Source: Eledone cirrhosa
Taxonomy: Eukaryota
Length of the DNA: 64,000 nt
Direction of reading: 5' to 3'
Assembly: GCA_964016885.1 (NCBI GenBank)
Contig: OZ024752.1
Coordinates: 9,114,001 to 9,178,000, forward strand
In this document: positions 42,470 through 55,784 of the stretch, piece after piece
How positions within the stretch are numbered: position 1 is the stretch's first letter
Layout of the letters: every line of letters starts with the position of its first letter
The notes under the pieces: model-generated
Databases searched by the model: none
Told to the model about the DNA's origin: nothing
Seen by the model: only the letters and a program-made list of their open reading frames with translations
Made by a program: the position numbers and the translations under genes

Positions 42470-43190
42470 TCATCATCATCATCGTTTAACGTCCATATTC
42501 CATGCTTGCATGGATTTGGACGGGAGTTTTCCCACTTGAAGCAAGAGTGGTTGTCTTGCTCGCATAGGACTGTCTGGCGGGTTTTCTACGGCTGGATGTC
42601 CTTCCTAACACCAACCACATTTACAGTGTGGAACTGGGAGGTTTTTACCGTGTTACCTACACGGCCACATTACAGCGTGAACTGTGTGTTTTTTTGTCGT
42701 GACACCTACACGACCTCATTTGTTTCGGGCTGGATGTTGTGGTACCAAGATAACTTTACATTGAAAGGGGTGGTGTGGGGGTAGTGTGATGGGGTGTATT
42801 TTGTTAGAGGTGCTTTGTATTTAGGTAAGGCGGGTCTTCTCTATTACTGTGTAGCGCCAAAGATCTTGGTCCAGTGACATTGTCTTGGAGAGGTGTAAGT
42901 GTGTGAGGTTGGAATTTATCAAGTCGTCCCAGGTTTTTCTGGGTCTGCCTACTCCATGACTACCGTCTATTTTTATTGCCCTGCACTTTTTTTATACAGC
43001 TGTCGTCTTTCATGCGCATCACGTGACCATACCAACGTAGCCTTCTCTCGAGTAAACAACATCTGATCCCTCTTATTTCTAATTTTTCCCTTAGTTCGTT
43101 TATGCTTTGCCGTTCATGTATATTACTATTACACATCCAGCGGAGCATGCAAGCTTCGTTCCTCTCTAGTCTGCATATATCCTCTGCACA
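42470..43190 (-). mobile_element. RTE LINE 3' end
   Basis: RLERNEACMLRW...RLRWYGHV; (CAT)n tail on the plus strand at ~42470. Confidence 0.88.
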
Positions 43191-44071
43191 CAGCCTGGGA
43201 ATTGAACTCACGATCTCATGATTGTGAATCCAACTCCCTAGACACTAAGCCACAAGAATTGTGTGAAGACTTGTGCAGCTTTTGAGTTGAAATATGTAAT
43301 ATTTGGATCAAACTTTGATGTAGCATTACGATGTGTCAGTGGGCAAATGCCTGCTATACATGTCATAGTTTATCCACCTGTGATTATGCGTTCCTTGTTT
43401 GAAACTCTTTTTGAGAAATTAGAAATGAGATTTTTAAGTTTATGGTCTAGGGCCTGGCTGGAAGGAACGATTGGCACCTGCTTGGGAAAATCATAGCCTT
43501 GTACAGGGCAGGTTATGACTGAGAATGGTGGTGGTAGTAGTGACGATTGTGGTGGTGGTAGTGGTGATGATTGTTGTGGTGGTAGTGGTGGTGGTAGTGG
43601 TGATGATTGTGGTGATGATGATGACAGCAAAAATGGCATTAATAAGTTCTTCTCATTTGATGAGATGTTTCTACTTTATCCTATGTAGAGTTACAACTTG
43701 TGGCTTCTAGCCAATATATTAAAGTTTCAAACCTGATACTCTAGCACTAAGCAGACTGGGGCATATAACCACTTATCTCAATTTGTCAAACATGAGCTTG
43801 TTGAAATGTGTGTGTGTGCCTATATATAATTTTACATCTAGGCAGGTTGTCATGATATGAGATGAGACTGGTTGGGGAATCATGTGTTGCTCATAGGTTC
43901 TATATTTTGGCATGGTTTCTCTGGTTGAGTGCCCTTTCTAATGCCAACTACTTTAAAGGGAGTATTGAGTGCTTTTATCATCACATCAGCATTTTCACTT
44001 TACAAGGTTCAATGGGTGCACTTCATCATGACACCCACAATATCACTCATCATGACACCCACAATACCACT

Positions 44072-47028
44072 GGGTAACGGAAACTGTCCACTATTTCTAT
44101 AGAACCATCTGTGCAATTGAAAGAGCTAGTATTCTGTGGGCACTTGCTGCTACTTATTGCACAAGAGCACCGGCCACATATGAAATCTATGTTCTTAGTT
44201 AGCTTACCTGTGATCCCACTACATCTTTTATGCACCCATACTTTGCATTTGGGACATAAAATGGAGTTTCTACCTACTCCTTTCCTACACACTGAGCATG
44301 GCCATTTCCCAGAAGGGACCGGCGCCTCATTTTCTTTCCTACAAACTAGAACTTTAGTCTTAACCAGGTTAATTTTAAGGCCTTTTTATTCTAGGCCATG
44401 CTTCCATGTTTGGAATTTCTTCTCTAGTTCGGCCATTGATTCAGCTATGAGCGTTAGATCATCTGCGTATAGGAGTTCCCATGGGCAGCCGATCTTGAAC
44501 ACCACTGTTATAGCCTGAAGGGCAATAATAAATAGTAGGGGGCTAAGAACGGACCCCTGATGAACACCAACTTTTAAGCTAAACTCTTCACTATATTCGT
44601 TGTTAATTCTAACCTTGCTGACTGTTTCTTTATACATGGCTTGTATAGCTCTCACAAGCCATTCATCAACACCTAGTTTTCTAAGAGCCCACCAGATAAT
44701 GGAACGGGGGACTCTGTCGAAGGCTTTCTCCAAGTCGACAAAAGCTAAGTATAGGGGTTTACTTTTAGCTAGGTACTTCTCCTGTAGTTGTCGTACAATG
44801 AAAAGAGCGTCTGTGGTACTTTTGCCTGAGAATTGATCTAGATGAAAAGCACAAACTGCATTCCATCTAGATCAATTCTCTCTCTGATTAGTTGCACTAT
44901 TACTTTTTCTGTGACCTTCATGACCTGGTCGATTAATTTAATGCCTCTATAGTTACTCCTATCTAGGGCATCTCCTTTACCCTTGTAGCAGTTAATGATG
45001 ATGCTGCGACGCCAGTCCTTTGGAACAACCCCATTCTGTATGACTTGGTTTACTATCCGGGTGACCATGGTGTGTCCCACCGTTCCAGAAGCTTTCAGCA
45101 TTTCAGCAACTATTTCCGAAGGCCCAGCCGCCTTACCCGTCTTCATATCTTTGATTGCCTTACTTATTATACTACCTTCGACTAACACTGCTGGTCCCTT
45201 TATTGGGTCAATGTGGGGGAGACTGTCTTTCTCCCATTTATTCTCCTCATTTAGTAGCCTTTCGTAGTGACACTTCCAAGCTACCTTCTTATCAGCGTCA
45301 GTGATGGCAAGTACACCATCATCATTAAGTACACACTTCTCCCCGACAATATCATGGTTTTCCTTGACATATTGCCTATCAATCCTGAACACCTCACGTT
45401 TTTGGTCCTCGCGTTGTAGAACACGCTTGAACTTTCTTTCCTCTGCTTCCCTTCTTGCAAAGTACACTTGTCTCCTAGCTTCCCTCCTGGCCACTTGATA
45501 GTCTTCTCTACTTCCCCCATCCCGCCATACTTTCCAAGCCTGCTTTTTGGCCTTAATTGACTCCTCCACCACCATGTTATTCTTCTCCTGCCTATAGGCC
45601 TGCTCCAGCTACAGCCTTTGTCTGCCGCCATCAGCAGGTTTGCTTTCAGGAATTCCCACTGTTCCTCTATATTGTACGACTCTAAATGCTCTTCCTTACT
45701 GTCGAAAGCATCAAGTAATATGCTTTGAAATTTATTTCTGGCTGTGGGGTCCTTTAGCTTCCATATTTTTCTCCTGAGGATAGTCCTCTTCTGCTGTCGA
45801 GTACGTCTCGCCCTGACTATAAGGTCGCTAATTATCAGTCTATGTTGGGAGGTGCATTCTTCATGGGGGGGGGGGGGATTTAGTGTTTACAACAGACACT
45901 CTGTCACGTCTCCTGGTAAGGATATAATCTACCTGGCTGGTATGTTCCCCTGATCTGTAGGTGATCAAGTGATTGTCTTGTTTTTTGAAGTTAGTGTTAC
46001 AGATAGTTAGGTTATTTGCGTCACAGAATTCCAGGATTCTGGAGCCTTCCCCATTTCTAGTACCAAACCCATAGCCTCCGTGGATTCCATCATAGCCGTC
46101 ACAATGTTGTCCAACGTGACCATTTAGGTCGCCAGCAATAATTATATAGTCACTGTCGGTTATTTGGAAGGTAGTGAGCATCAGTGTCTCATAGAAACTG
46201 TCTTTTATAGCGCCAGGCAATCCGATTGGGGCGCGTACGCAGATATTACCGTCACAGTAGTTCTATTTAGAACAAGTCTTATTTTAATTATTCTGTCATT
46301 CACTCTATTTACGTCTATTATCTTATCCACCCATTTTTCTGCTAACATGATTCCTACCCCACCCAGCCCATTGTCATTTCCCACCCAGAAAAGCTTATAG
46401 CATCGTTTTTTACCCACAATGAATCTAGTATCTCTTGGATACAGCAAACATCAACCTCTTTACGTTCAAGCATTTCTACAACCTCGTTAGAGCGGCCTTT
46501 TAAGGTGCCTACATTCATGGTACCAACTCTGAAGTTTTGGATTGCGTTTGGTGAGTGGGGCGCAGGGAGGGGTGAGGGGGATGGAGTTGGGGTTATGTTG
46601 GCCATCTGCGGCCGCAACAAAGAGGAGAGGGCCTTGCCCTTTCATCCGGCAGCATGAGGTGAATTTGTCGTTATCTTTGGCATTGTCTTCAAGTGTCCAG
46701 ATTCTTCAGACTCTCCAGAAATTCCTTAGTCCATCCATCATTTCGAAAAGCAACCAGAAGTGATAGCATAGGCCGTTGACTTGTGATTGGTTCAAATAAT
46801 AAAGGTGGAGAGTGGGGGCGGGAGGGAGGAGTATAGGGTAGTTAGCGAGGAGCAGGCTTATTTATATTTGGTGCGAGTAGGGAGAGAGAGAGAGATTGAG
46901 AGAGCTACGTATATGATAGAGAGAGTGGGGGTGATAGCGATTTTAGAGGACCGAGAGAGAGAGAAGCCATTTTTATGAATCCTGGAAAAATTTTCGGCCA
47001 AAATGGTAGCGAGAAGATTATTTAGAAC
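44072..47028 (-). mobile_element. RTE LINE 5' part with AP endonuclease and RT, degraded
   Basis: TMNVGTL...VCCIQE, IIAGDLNGHVG, SQVDYIL (APE), NYRGIKL, LYADD; 5' end abuts (TA)n. Confidence 0.92.
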
Positions 47029-47223
47029 TTATATATATATATATATATATAATAATAGTAATAATTACAATTATATATAGAATTATAAATAAGATAAGGG
47101 TAATATTGTATATTAGCTGATTACCAGTAAGATAATTAGCTCAATATAAATACTCAATATAATTAGCTCAATATAAAAACTCTAGATGCAGCTTGCCTCA
47201 GTTGAAGCACAGCCTTTCTTTAA

Positions 47224-47489
47224 CCCTTTAGCATTTACATTACTTTATATATACTATTGTATTTTCATGGTAAAGGCTTTATCTCACATAACATTTACAT
47301 TACTTTTTATTTACTATTGTATTTTCATGGTAAAGGCTTTATTTCACATAATATAGACTATGGGATTTTGATGTTATTTATTTTGAGAACAATACCTTAA
47401 AGTCTGTATAAGGAGATAGTTACGGCTGGTTTGAACAGAAAGAGGTGAGGGAATTCTGGCTGGATATAGCCAGTTTAAATGCTAAAGGG
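47224..47489. mobile_element. piggyBac-like MITE
   Basis: TIR CCCTTTAGCATTTA...TAAATGCTAAAGGG, TTAA on both sides. Confidence 0.85.
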
Positions 47490-47626
47490 TTAAAGTGCAA
47501 AAGTGCTAGCAAGCAAATCACTAATTAAACATACTGAATTACATAAGATAAAGTTAATCTCTTAAAGTTAACCTCATATGTTAAACTCTATTTTTCAAGT
47601 CAATAGCAAATAAATATTTCATATAT

Positions 47627-47646
47627 TTACATATCTTTTTTGATAG
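47627..47646 (-). CDS. Candidate alternative exon after the TM exon (AIKKDM*, or a 16-nt phase 1-2 exon ending at 47631)
   Basis: Strong acceptor ttttatttttttcag; possible donor GTAAAT. Confidence 0.35.
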
Positions 47647-47889
47647 CTGAAAAAAATAAAATAAAATATGGAAGATATCTTTCAATATAAACAGTTATAA
47701 CAGGAATAATACTTTCTATTATTGCCGAAGCGCTGAAAAGTTTCAGAATCTGAGAGGGGGAATATGTTGAATAAAATTTATAATTAACTGATCCTCCTGT
47801 ATTTTCTTTTAACTGATCTTCTTGCATTTTCTTTTGCCCAAAGCCAGAAACTTTTCTGCACCCCGGTATAAGGGTTTCTGATTAAGGCA

Positions 47890-48085
47890 CAGACTAACAA
47901 TTTTCAGGGACGGGAAAGTCGATTAAATCCATCTCAACATGTTACTGGTACTTTATTTTACTGAGCTCATAAGTATGAAAGGCAAAGCTAACCATGGCAG
48001 GATTTGAACTTAGAATGTGAAGGGCCATAACTATATGCCACAAAGCATTTTGTCTGATGTTCTACTGATTCTGCCAATCCTTTTC
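47890..48085 (-). mobile_element. tRNA-derived SINE, diverged copy
   Basis: Similar to 6290-6476 (gtactttatttta...aaggcaaag..aacc...gatttgaact). Confidence 0.6.
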
Positions 48086-48206
48086 TATTATTATAATAAG
48101 AATAATACTTTTCTCCACACATGTAAATATCATTTTTCACAATATAAATAAAGTACTTATATACATCTGTTGTGATCATCATTATGCAACAATATATAAT
48201 ATAGAG

Positions 48207-48451
48207 CAGACATGAGAAACATGCAGCCCGTGGGCCACATGCAGCCCTTTACAAGCACACCAGCAGCCTGCACAAAGGTTTTTACAGTGCGAGCGTAATA
48301 TAAAATAAAAAAATATTAGTTGTCATGTGTGCAATTAGTTGTCGTGTATGCAATTAGTTGTCGTGTGTGCAATTAGTTGTCATGTGTGGCCCTCAGACAA
48401 CACACATGGGACCCATGTGACCCTCGGGAGACCCTCAGTTTGACATGTCTG
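48207..48451. mobile_element. hAT-like MITE with 8-bp TSD
   Basis: TIR CAGACATG..AAAC / GTTT..CATGTCTG; TSD ATATAGAG at 48199-48206 and 48452-48459; internal 20-bp repeats. Confidence 0.85.
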
Positions 48452-48632
48452 ATATAGAGGGGTCACTTTAGACCTGACAGACAATATAGAGGGGTCACTT
48501 TAGACCTGACAGACAATATAGAAGGGTCACTTTAGACTTGACAGGCAATCCCTCTAGTGCTTAGAGTATGATAAAATGTATACAATCCATGCTGGTGATA
48601 GAAAACTCATGCTAAAACTATGAACAGTACAT

Positions 48633-48990
48633 ATCATCATCATCATCATCATCATTTTACGTCCGCTTTTTCCTGCTTGGAAGGGTGGGATGGGTCCTCT
48701 TCAGCCCAGCATCTCTCCATATGTCACGGTCCTTCGTCATCTCCTTTGTGAGCTTCAACGATCTGAGGTCAGCTCTCACCACCTCCGCCCATGTCTTCCC
48801 AGGTCTTCCCCTAGTGCATCTTCCTTCCACTGGGATCACCTGGCACTGCCACTTCTTCACCCAGTGGTCATCCCTCATGCGCATCAAATGGCTATACCAA
48901 CACAGTCTTCTCTCCTACACACTACAGTTTATTTCTTTTATACACAGTTTCTGTCTCACTTCATTCATGCTTGGTCTTTCATGCACATTG
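48633..48990 (-). mobile_element. RTE 3' fragment (family of 56553-59008)
   Basis: GRPGKTWAEVVRADL...KRT; (CAT)n tail. Confidence 0.85.
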
Positions 48991-50029
48991 TTACATATAT
49001 AGTAACAATTCCTAGCTGTGTATACAGAGCTAACAAAATCAATGTTTGTCCTGTACATGGTAGTGGGATGGTTAAGTTGAAATATCTAGCCATATATGAC
49101 AATCCCTTAGCCATTATCAAATCATTAAAAACTTCTTACTATGTACAGAAATCAAGTCAAAAGATGATTCAATGATGTGCAAAAATGAGATGGAGGAGAG
49201 CTTCAACCAGATTCCCTCATAAGCAAAGAGATAAGTGGGAGAGCACACTATTAACAGAAATAGAGAGGTAATGTATTTAAAATAGATATCTTTCTTTATT
49301 TGCCACAGGGGTGTACAAAAATGGGACATTACAAGACGTGACGGTGGGGGTTTTACATAAAATCTTTAACAATGATCAATAACAAACTATATAAAAATAA
49401 AACAATTGAAATCCCCTTTAGGGTGGGGTAGGGGGCGGGCGACGCTACTGCGGGGTTGTTTTACACCTCGTGGATAGAACAACCCTCAACACCAGGAACA
49501 CGTTTTGTAGGTGTTCCCGTCTTCCCTCTGTTTAATGTATTTAAGTTAGATAGTGGTTGCAACAGAATTATTAGGCCTAGACTAGTCATTGGCATTATAA
49601 CAACTATTGCTATTTCAATCTACTATATCATAATCAGGACTGATTAATGAATAAAAGAATCTTTTCTATGAGAACCTCCCTTGAAGACTATCTCCATAAC
49701 AAGTGACTGCGGCTACATTATTATGGCTGGTGACTTTAAGGGACATGTTAGGAAGTACCAGGATGGCTATTCTGGAGTAATTGGTGATGAATATGGCTCA
49801 AGATGGACTGGGCACTTTTTGCTGTGTCACCATCATGACCACTTTACAGCGTGGGCTGGGCACTTTTTGTTGTGTTGCCATCACGACCACTTTACAGTGT
49901 GGGCTGGGCACTTTGTGTCAACAACAACAACACCACCACCACCACCACCACCACCATCACCACTGTATTACAAAGGTATTTATGTCAAGATAATTGATAA
50001 AGCTTTAAAATATGTAAAAATATACCAAC

Positions 50030-50134
50030 CTCTTATCCGGTGGCATCTATAAATAAGAATTCCCAAAATTATTAACAATATTACCATTGCTACAGTACAA
50101 CCAATAATTAGTTTCAAATGATTTTCTGTTTTTA
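50030..50134 (-). CDS. Transmembrane exon (KTENHLKLIIGCTVAMVILLIILGILIYRCHRIR)
   Basis: Acceptor atattttcag, donor G|GTTGGT, 105 nt, phase 1-1; ~21 hydrophobic residues followed by basic stop-transfer residues. Confidence 0.8.
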
Positions 50135-52070
50135 CTGAAAATATATATAAAATAAACCAAACATCATCAAACAAGAAAAATAATTAAAGTAAGGATTATG
50201 ATGAATCATTCACTAGTCATAATTTGTCTAATATTTTGCAAAGTTCAGTGGTGTATTGGTAGGGGTGCATGGTAGTGCAGCTGCACACCCCCAAAAATTG
50301 TTGTCTGAAAATTATGAATGTCTGTTAGGAGAATACACTTATGGCAAGGTTAGTATATGCATTGGTATGAGTTGGACAATCTTTTATATGTCTCAAACCT
50401 GTATCATCTTTTCTTTAAGTCACAATCTTTTAAAATCATGTTTGAATATTTCCTTTTCTTTAACCAGTCTAGTGTCAGACTCGTCAAATTCTTGCCAGCT
50501 TGTAAAGCAAATATATGATGGTGATGATGATGATTATCTTCATAACATTGTTTCATTTTGTTACAAATTAGTCATCTTCAGGATGGAGTGGTTGGGAGGA
50601 CTCTTTAGTCCCATCAGGGATATGATAATCTCTGTAGTGCTGCTACCATAATACACTACATAAAATGGTTGGTGTTGAGAAGGGCATCAGGTCATAGAAA
50701 ACTTGCCAATTATCCTTATTATTGGAACTTTCCACTGTAAACTCATTATCACAATGTCATTTCTTTCTACTTATATTCTTGATTACAATTAATGTATCAA
50801 TATAAGAAATAACTTTTTATAAACTTTTATTGAATCTTACTGAATGAATATTGTTGAAGGTCTTAAAGTTTTTATGGTCGAATCTGTCAAAAAATTATGA
50901 CAAATGTTCTGGAGACTACATGATTAAAAGTCAACATGAAATTTGCAGTTTGTTCAAATCCAAAAATAACTGGATCTTTTGACATTTTGCATAGTGATAA
51001 ATTTCAGTTTATCAACCAGAATATATTTTAATAATTATGGTCTAGACCAAGAATGAAGAAACCTTCACATGTATTCAAATTTGTAACTGCCTAATGTCAA
51101 AGTCTCTTAAATCACATATGAACAAAATCAGTTTAATCCTTAAGACTAAAACATCATCATCTTCATCATTATCATCATTTTATGTCTGTTGTATCAATAT
51201 AATAATCTTTAAGAGCATAAATTTTTAACAAGAAGACACAGTCAACTCCTGTACTTGGTATTTACTTTTATTTACTATATAGGGGGATGGATTGTCAGGA
51301 TCGGTAGGGCATCAGACAATTTGGGCAATCTACAGGTGCAATCTACAGATGCAAGCTCAGAGCAGGTCTTTTCACTCGGAGTATGTTCGCCACTCTCACC
51401 CACCTTTCAAAAAACTCGTTTAAAAGTCACTCTCCACCCTGATTTTCCTCATCAAGGGAAACCTGTAAAAGTTAATCAGGGCTTCACCAAAGAAGAAAGT
51501 GCTTGTCTTCAATCCTTTTAAATGTGTCCACCACATGACATCATATGTCATGGCCACCACACAGATAAAAACTGCCTGTCTTTCCTGGTTAAAGGAAGGC
51601 AGCAGGGTGATCAACATTAATACAATTTAAAAGAGTACAGATCCCAATTAGACTAAGTTTTGCAATGTTCATCAACAAATCTTAGAGACAGACATTATCA
51701 GTAACTGGTTTGCAATTAGAGGAGCTTTGCTTCTCTCATGAACAATTGTATGTTGGATGCTCGTGTATTAGTAGTTCAAAAAATCTTTTAATTTATACTC
51801 CATTGGGAAAAACTCAATGTATATAAAGAAATTTTGTCATAATTTTCTTTTGTACATTTCTATTTCAAGTTTATTATTGTTGTTAATCTGCTATCTAGGG
51901 GAAGAGGGTGCTTGGAGAGCATAATAGCTAGAATAAGAATAGGATGGAAAAAGTTTAGAGAGCTACTCCCACTGTTGACAACAAAATGTTTCTCTCTATG
52001 TATGATGCCTGTGTGCAAAGTGCAACACTGCATGGTAGTGAAACATGGGTTGTAACTGGAGAGAAATGAA

Positions 52071-53633
52071 GTGAGTGCTGCGTGCTTTTTTGTGGCGCCT
52101 ACACGTTCACTTTACAGTGTGGGCTGGGTGCTTTTTTTGCCATGGCACCTCCACGACCACCTTACAGTGGGGGGTGTGGGGGCATATTGTCTATATGCTT
52201 CAGCTTGTACCCATGGGAGGTCGGGTACTCTGTATTACTGCGTGACGCCAGAGTTCACGGTCGTGTGTCATTGCCTTTGAGAGGTGTAATTGGGTAAGGT
52301 CGGCTTTTATCACCTCATGCCAGGTCATCTTGGGTCTCCCCACTCCGCGGTTTCCATCGACTTCTAGTGCTCTGCACCTTTTTATGCAGCTGTCATCCTT
52401 CATACGCATCATATGTCCATACCAGCGCAACCACCTCTCCTGCACACAGCATTTGATTCCTCTTATGCTCAGTCTCTCTCTCAATTCATTCATGCTTTGT
52501 CGTTCACGTATATTACTGTTATACATCCATCGGAGCATGCAGGCCTCGTTTCTCTCTAATCTACGTAAGTCTTCCACCTTCAGCGCCCAGGTCTCACTAC
52601 CATGCAACATTGCTGTTCGGATACACGCATCATACAGTCTGCCTTTCATTCTGAGGGAGAAACCTTTTGCAGCTAGCAGTGGTAGTAGTTCCCTAAACTT
52701 CTTCCATTCCATTCTTACCCTAGTTATTGTACTTTCTGAACACCCACCTCCGCTGCTAATTCGGTCACCTAGGTAGCAGAAGCTGTCTACTGTTTCTACA
52801 GAGCCCTCCCATAGATTGGTGGTACTTGTTTCCTGTGGCTGTTTGCTGCTTGCTGTCTCAGCACAGCTGCTGCATGTGAAGCCTACATTCTTAATTAAGC
52901 TTCCTGAGATCCCGCTACATCTCTTGTGTACCCATTGTTTGCATTTGGGGCAGAGAATGGAGTTCCTACCTACACTTTTCCTACATACTGAGCAAGGCCA
53001 TTTCCCTGAGGGGATCTGGGTTCTGTTTTCTTGTCTACTTACAAGGACCTTAGTCTTTGTCATGTTGACTTTGAGACCCTTTCTTTCTAGTCCCTGCTTC
53101 CAAGCTTGGAATTTATTCTCTAGTTCTACCATAGATTCAGCTATGAGTGCGAGGTCATCAGCATACAGGAGTTCCCATGGGCATCCGGTCTTAAACTCCT
53201 CCATTATTGCCTGCAGGACTATGATGAACAGGAGGGGGCTAAGAACAGAGCCCTGGTGGACCCCAACCTGTACGCTAAATTCCTCGCTATACTCATTGCT
53301 AATTCTAACTTTGCTAACTGCTCCCCCTATACATGGCTGGTACCGCTTTCACAAGCCATTCATCTACTCCTAGTTTTCTAAGAGCCCACCAGATTACAGC
53401 ACGTGGAACTCTGTCAAAGGCTTTCTCAAGGTCGACAAATGCCAAGTAGAATGGCTTACTTTTAGCTAGGTACTTTTCCTGTAATTGCCTCACAAGGAAG
53501 AGGGCATCAGTGGTGCCTCTTCCTGGTACAAACCCAAATTGCATCTCGTCTATTTTCACCCGGTCCCTAATCAACTGTGCTATAACTCTTTCTGTTACTT
53601 TCATGACCTGGTCCATCAACTTCATATCTCTAT
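52071..53633 (-). mobile_element. RTE LINE fragment
   Basis: ORFs 52200..53204 and 53314..53658 carry RT motifs. Confidence 0.92.
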
Positions 53634-53639
53634 AGTTTA

Positions 53640-54190
53640 AATATGTATTTAAAAACATACATATTTATCACACAAATATATATTTGTAAATATATATATA
53701 TTTCACATAAATATTCTAAATAAACCTATACATAATGTGGTAAATATATATTTAGTAAGAAAGATTTACTTCACATAAACATATATTTAGAAACACACAT
53801 ATATTTCACATAAACATATATTTCACTTAAATATATAACGAGAAATATTCATATATTTCACATAAACATATATTTTTCATAAATATATATTTAGTAGAAA
53901 CATACATATATATTTCACAAACATATTTTACATAAATATATATTTAGAAACATATATATATATTTCAACAAACATATATTTCACATAAATATATTTTTAG
54001 AAACATACATATATATTTCACACAAACATATATTTCCCATAAATATATATTTAGAAACATTCATATATATTTCATATAAATATATATTTAGAAACATACA
54101 TATATATTTCACATAACCACATATTCATAAATATATAAGGACAAACATATATTTCACAAAAATAAATATTTAGAAACATACATATAAATA
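53640..54190. repeat. Degenerate AT-rich minisatellite (atatatttcacataaac / tttagaaac units)
   Basis: Visible recurring motifs. Confidence 0.75.
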
Positions 54191-54234
54191 TACCTAAACT
54201 TTATGCATTATACAAATAAAAATAGAAAACTTAC

Positions 54235-54561
54235 ATTTTATCTGTATCTGGAGTTTCTTTGAAGTTTGATTAAATTCGTTTTTATTTGGAACATATACCT
54301 CACATTGTAGTTCCTTAAAGTCCTTGCTGAGTGTTAATGTCAATGTTGAAGTCAAAGTAAACAGTTTCCCTTTTTCACTATATTTGTTAGTGTTAGAAAT
54401 ATATTTTGTAGGACGTTCTGTTCTCCCATTCTTGAATGTGATAATCCAAGAAGATAAAAATTTAGGGTTGATGTCTTTAACAAGACATTCGTAAGTTTTG
54501 TTCTGATTTTCTACAGGGTTCTTTTCAGAAGTTGGCCTTATTATCACCGATTTTGGCAAAA
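54235..54561 (-). CDS. Immunoglobulin-like domain exon (C1/C2-set-like) of a type I membrane receptor
   Basis: Acceptor atatttcag, donor GTAAGT, 327 nt, phase 1-1. Protein has YECLV..INP....W, TLTSTLTLT and LQCEV, i.e. B-strand Cys, C-strand Trp and F-strand Cys, plus N-glycosylation sequons NKT and NQT. Confidence 0.85.
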
Positions 54562-55784
54562 CTGAAATATATGTAATCAAAATTATATCCATATAGGTAG
54601 GTAAATGGGTAGGAGTGTAGGTAGGTAGGTAGGTAAGTAGAAACATGCACAAACATACACACACATGCACAAACATACTAACACAAACATATACACACAC
54701 ATACACAAATATACATACACAAACATACATACACACACTAACATTCACGCACAAACACACACACACGTGTGTACAGCAGAAAATGATGAAAATTATTTCT
54801 ACAGTAAAATGACTTTTTTGGTGGTTGGTATTCTTGTGTTTGTGTGTATGTATGTGTAGATGCATAGGTATATATGTATGTTTGTATGTATGTACGTACG
54901 TACGTACGTTTGTATGTATGTATGTGTGTGTATATGTCGGGTCGCTCTTGAGTGCTACTGGTAACATGTAACCCAGTACAACCTGTCGCATGGTTGGGTC
55001 GTCAGCGACTAAACCGGCAACCCCCACCAAGTTTACTTAGTGAGGAGTGTGATTTTGGACACCCTGCAGGACAAAAATCAAAACCTGACAAAGGGCAGAA
55101 GAACTCATAAGAGTAAACGGTTTGTAAATATGTATATACACATGTACATATGTATGTATATGTGTATATACATGGGTGCATGTGTGTGTATATGCGTGGG
55201 GACATAGAAATAGTCGGGCTGGACACAAGATCGCACGGTTAAACCACTGGGAGTGAAGGACCCCTAGCATTTGTCAGGGCATTCTTCTAGGAGTAGGCAA
55301 GTCAGGAAACTGGGATAACTCCGATATAAAACCTGCGGCTCAGTAGTTACCGATGATGTTGATCTTTTCTTCTTTTCAGGTTACAGCTACTGTCGCTCAG
55401 AGAGTGGGATTGGCTCAGTGCACAGTCTTTCCTCACTTTAAAAAATATCTTCATGCACAGGCATTGCATGATAGAATTAATTAATAATTATTAATAATAG
55501 TATATCGTGCAATGGCCATACTCGATAACGAGGAGGCAGCCATCATGTGTGTAATTATCTATGTAAGTACATATGTATATATGTACATATGTACGTATGT
55601 ATGTATGTATATATGTATGAATGTATGTATGTTTGTATGTATGTACATACATGTACGTATGTATGTATCTATGTATGAAATGTATGTATCTATGTATGAA
55701 ATGTATGTATCTATGTATGTATATTTGTATGTATGTATGTATATATATATGCATGTACGTATGTATGTACATATGTATGAGATG

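Noticed and set aside
47760-47856. Possible extra cytoplasmic exon (MQEDQLKENTGGS)
   Set aside because: Weak acceptor, and the phase-1 frame from it hits a stop.
54562-55030. N-terminal part of the 278-aa ORF 54194..55030
   Set aside because: Microsatellite-derived intron sequence upstream of the splice acceptor; only 54235-54561 looks coding.
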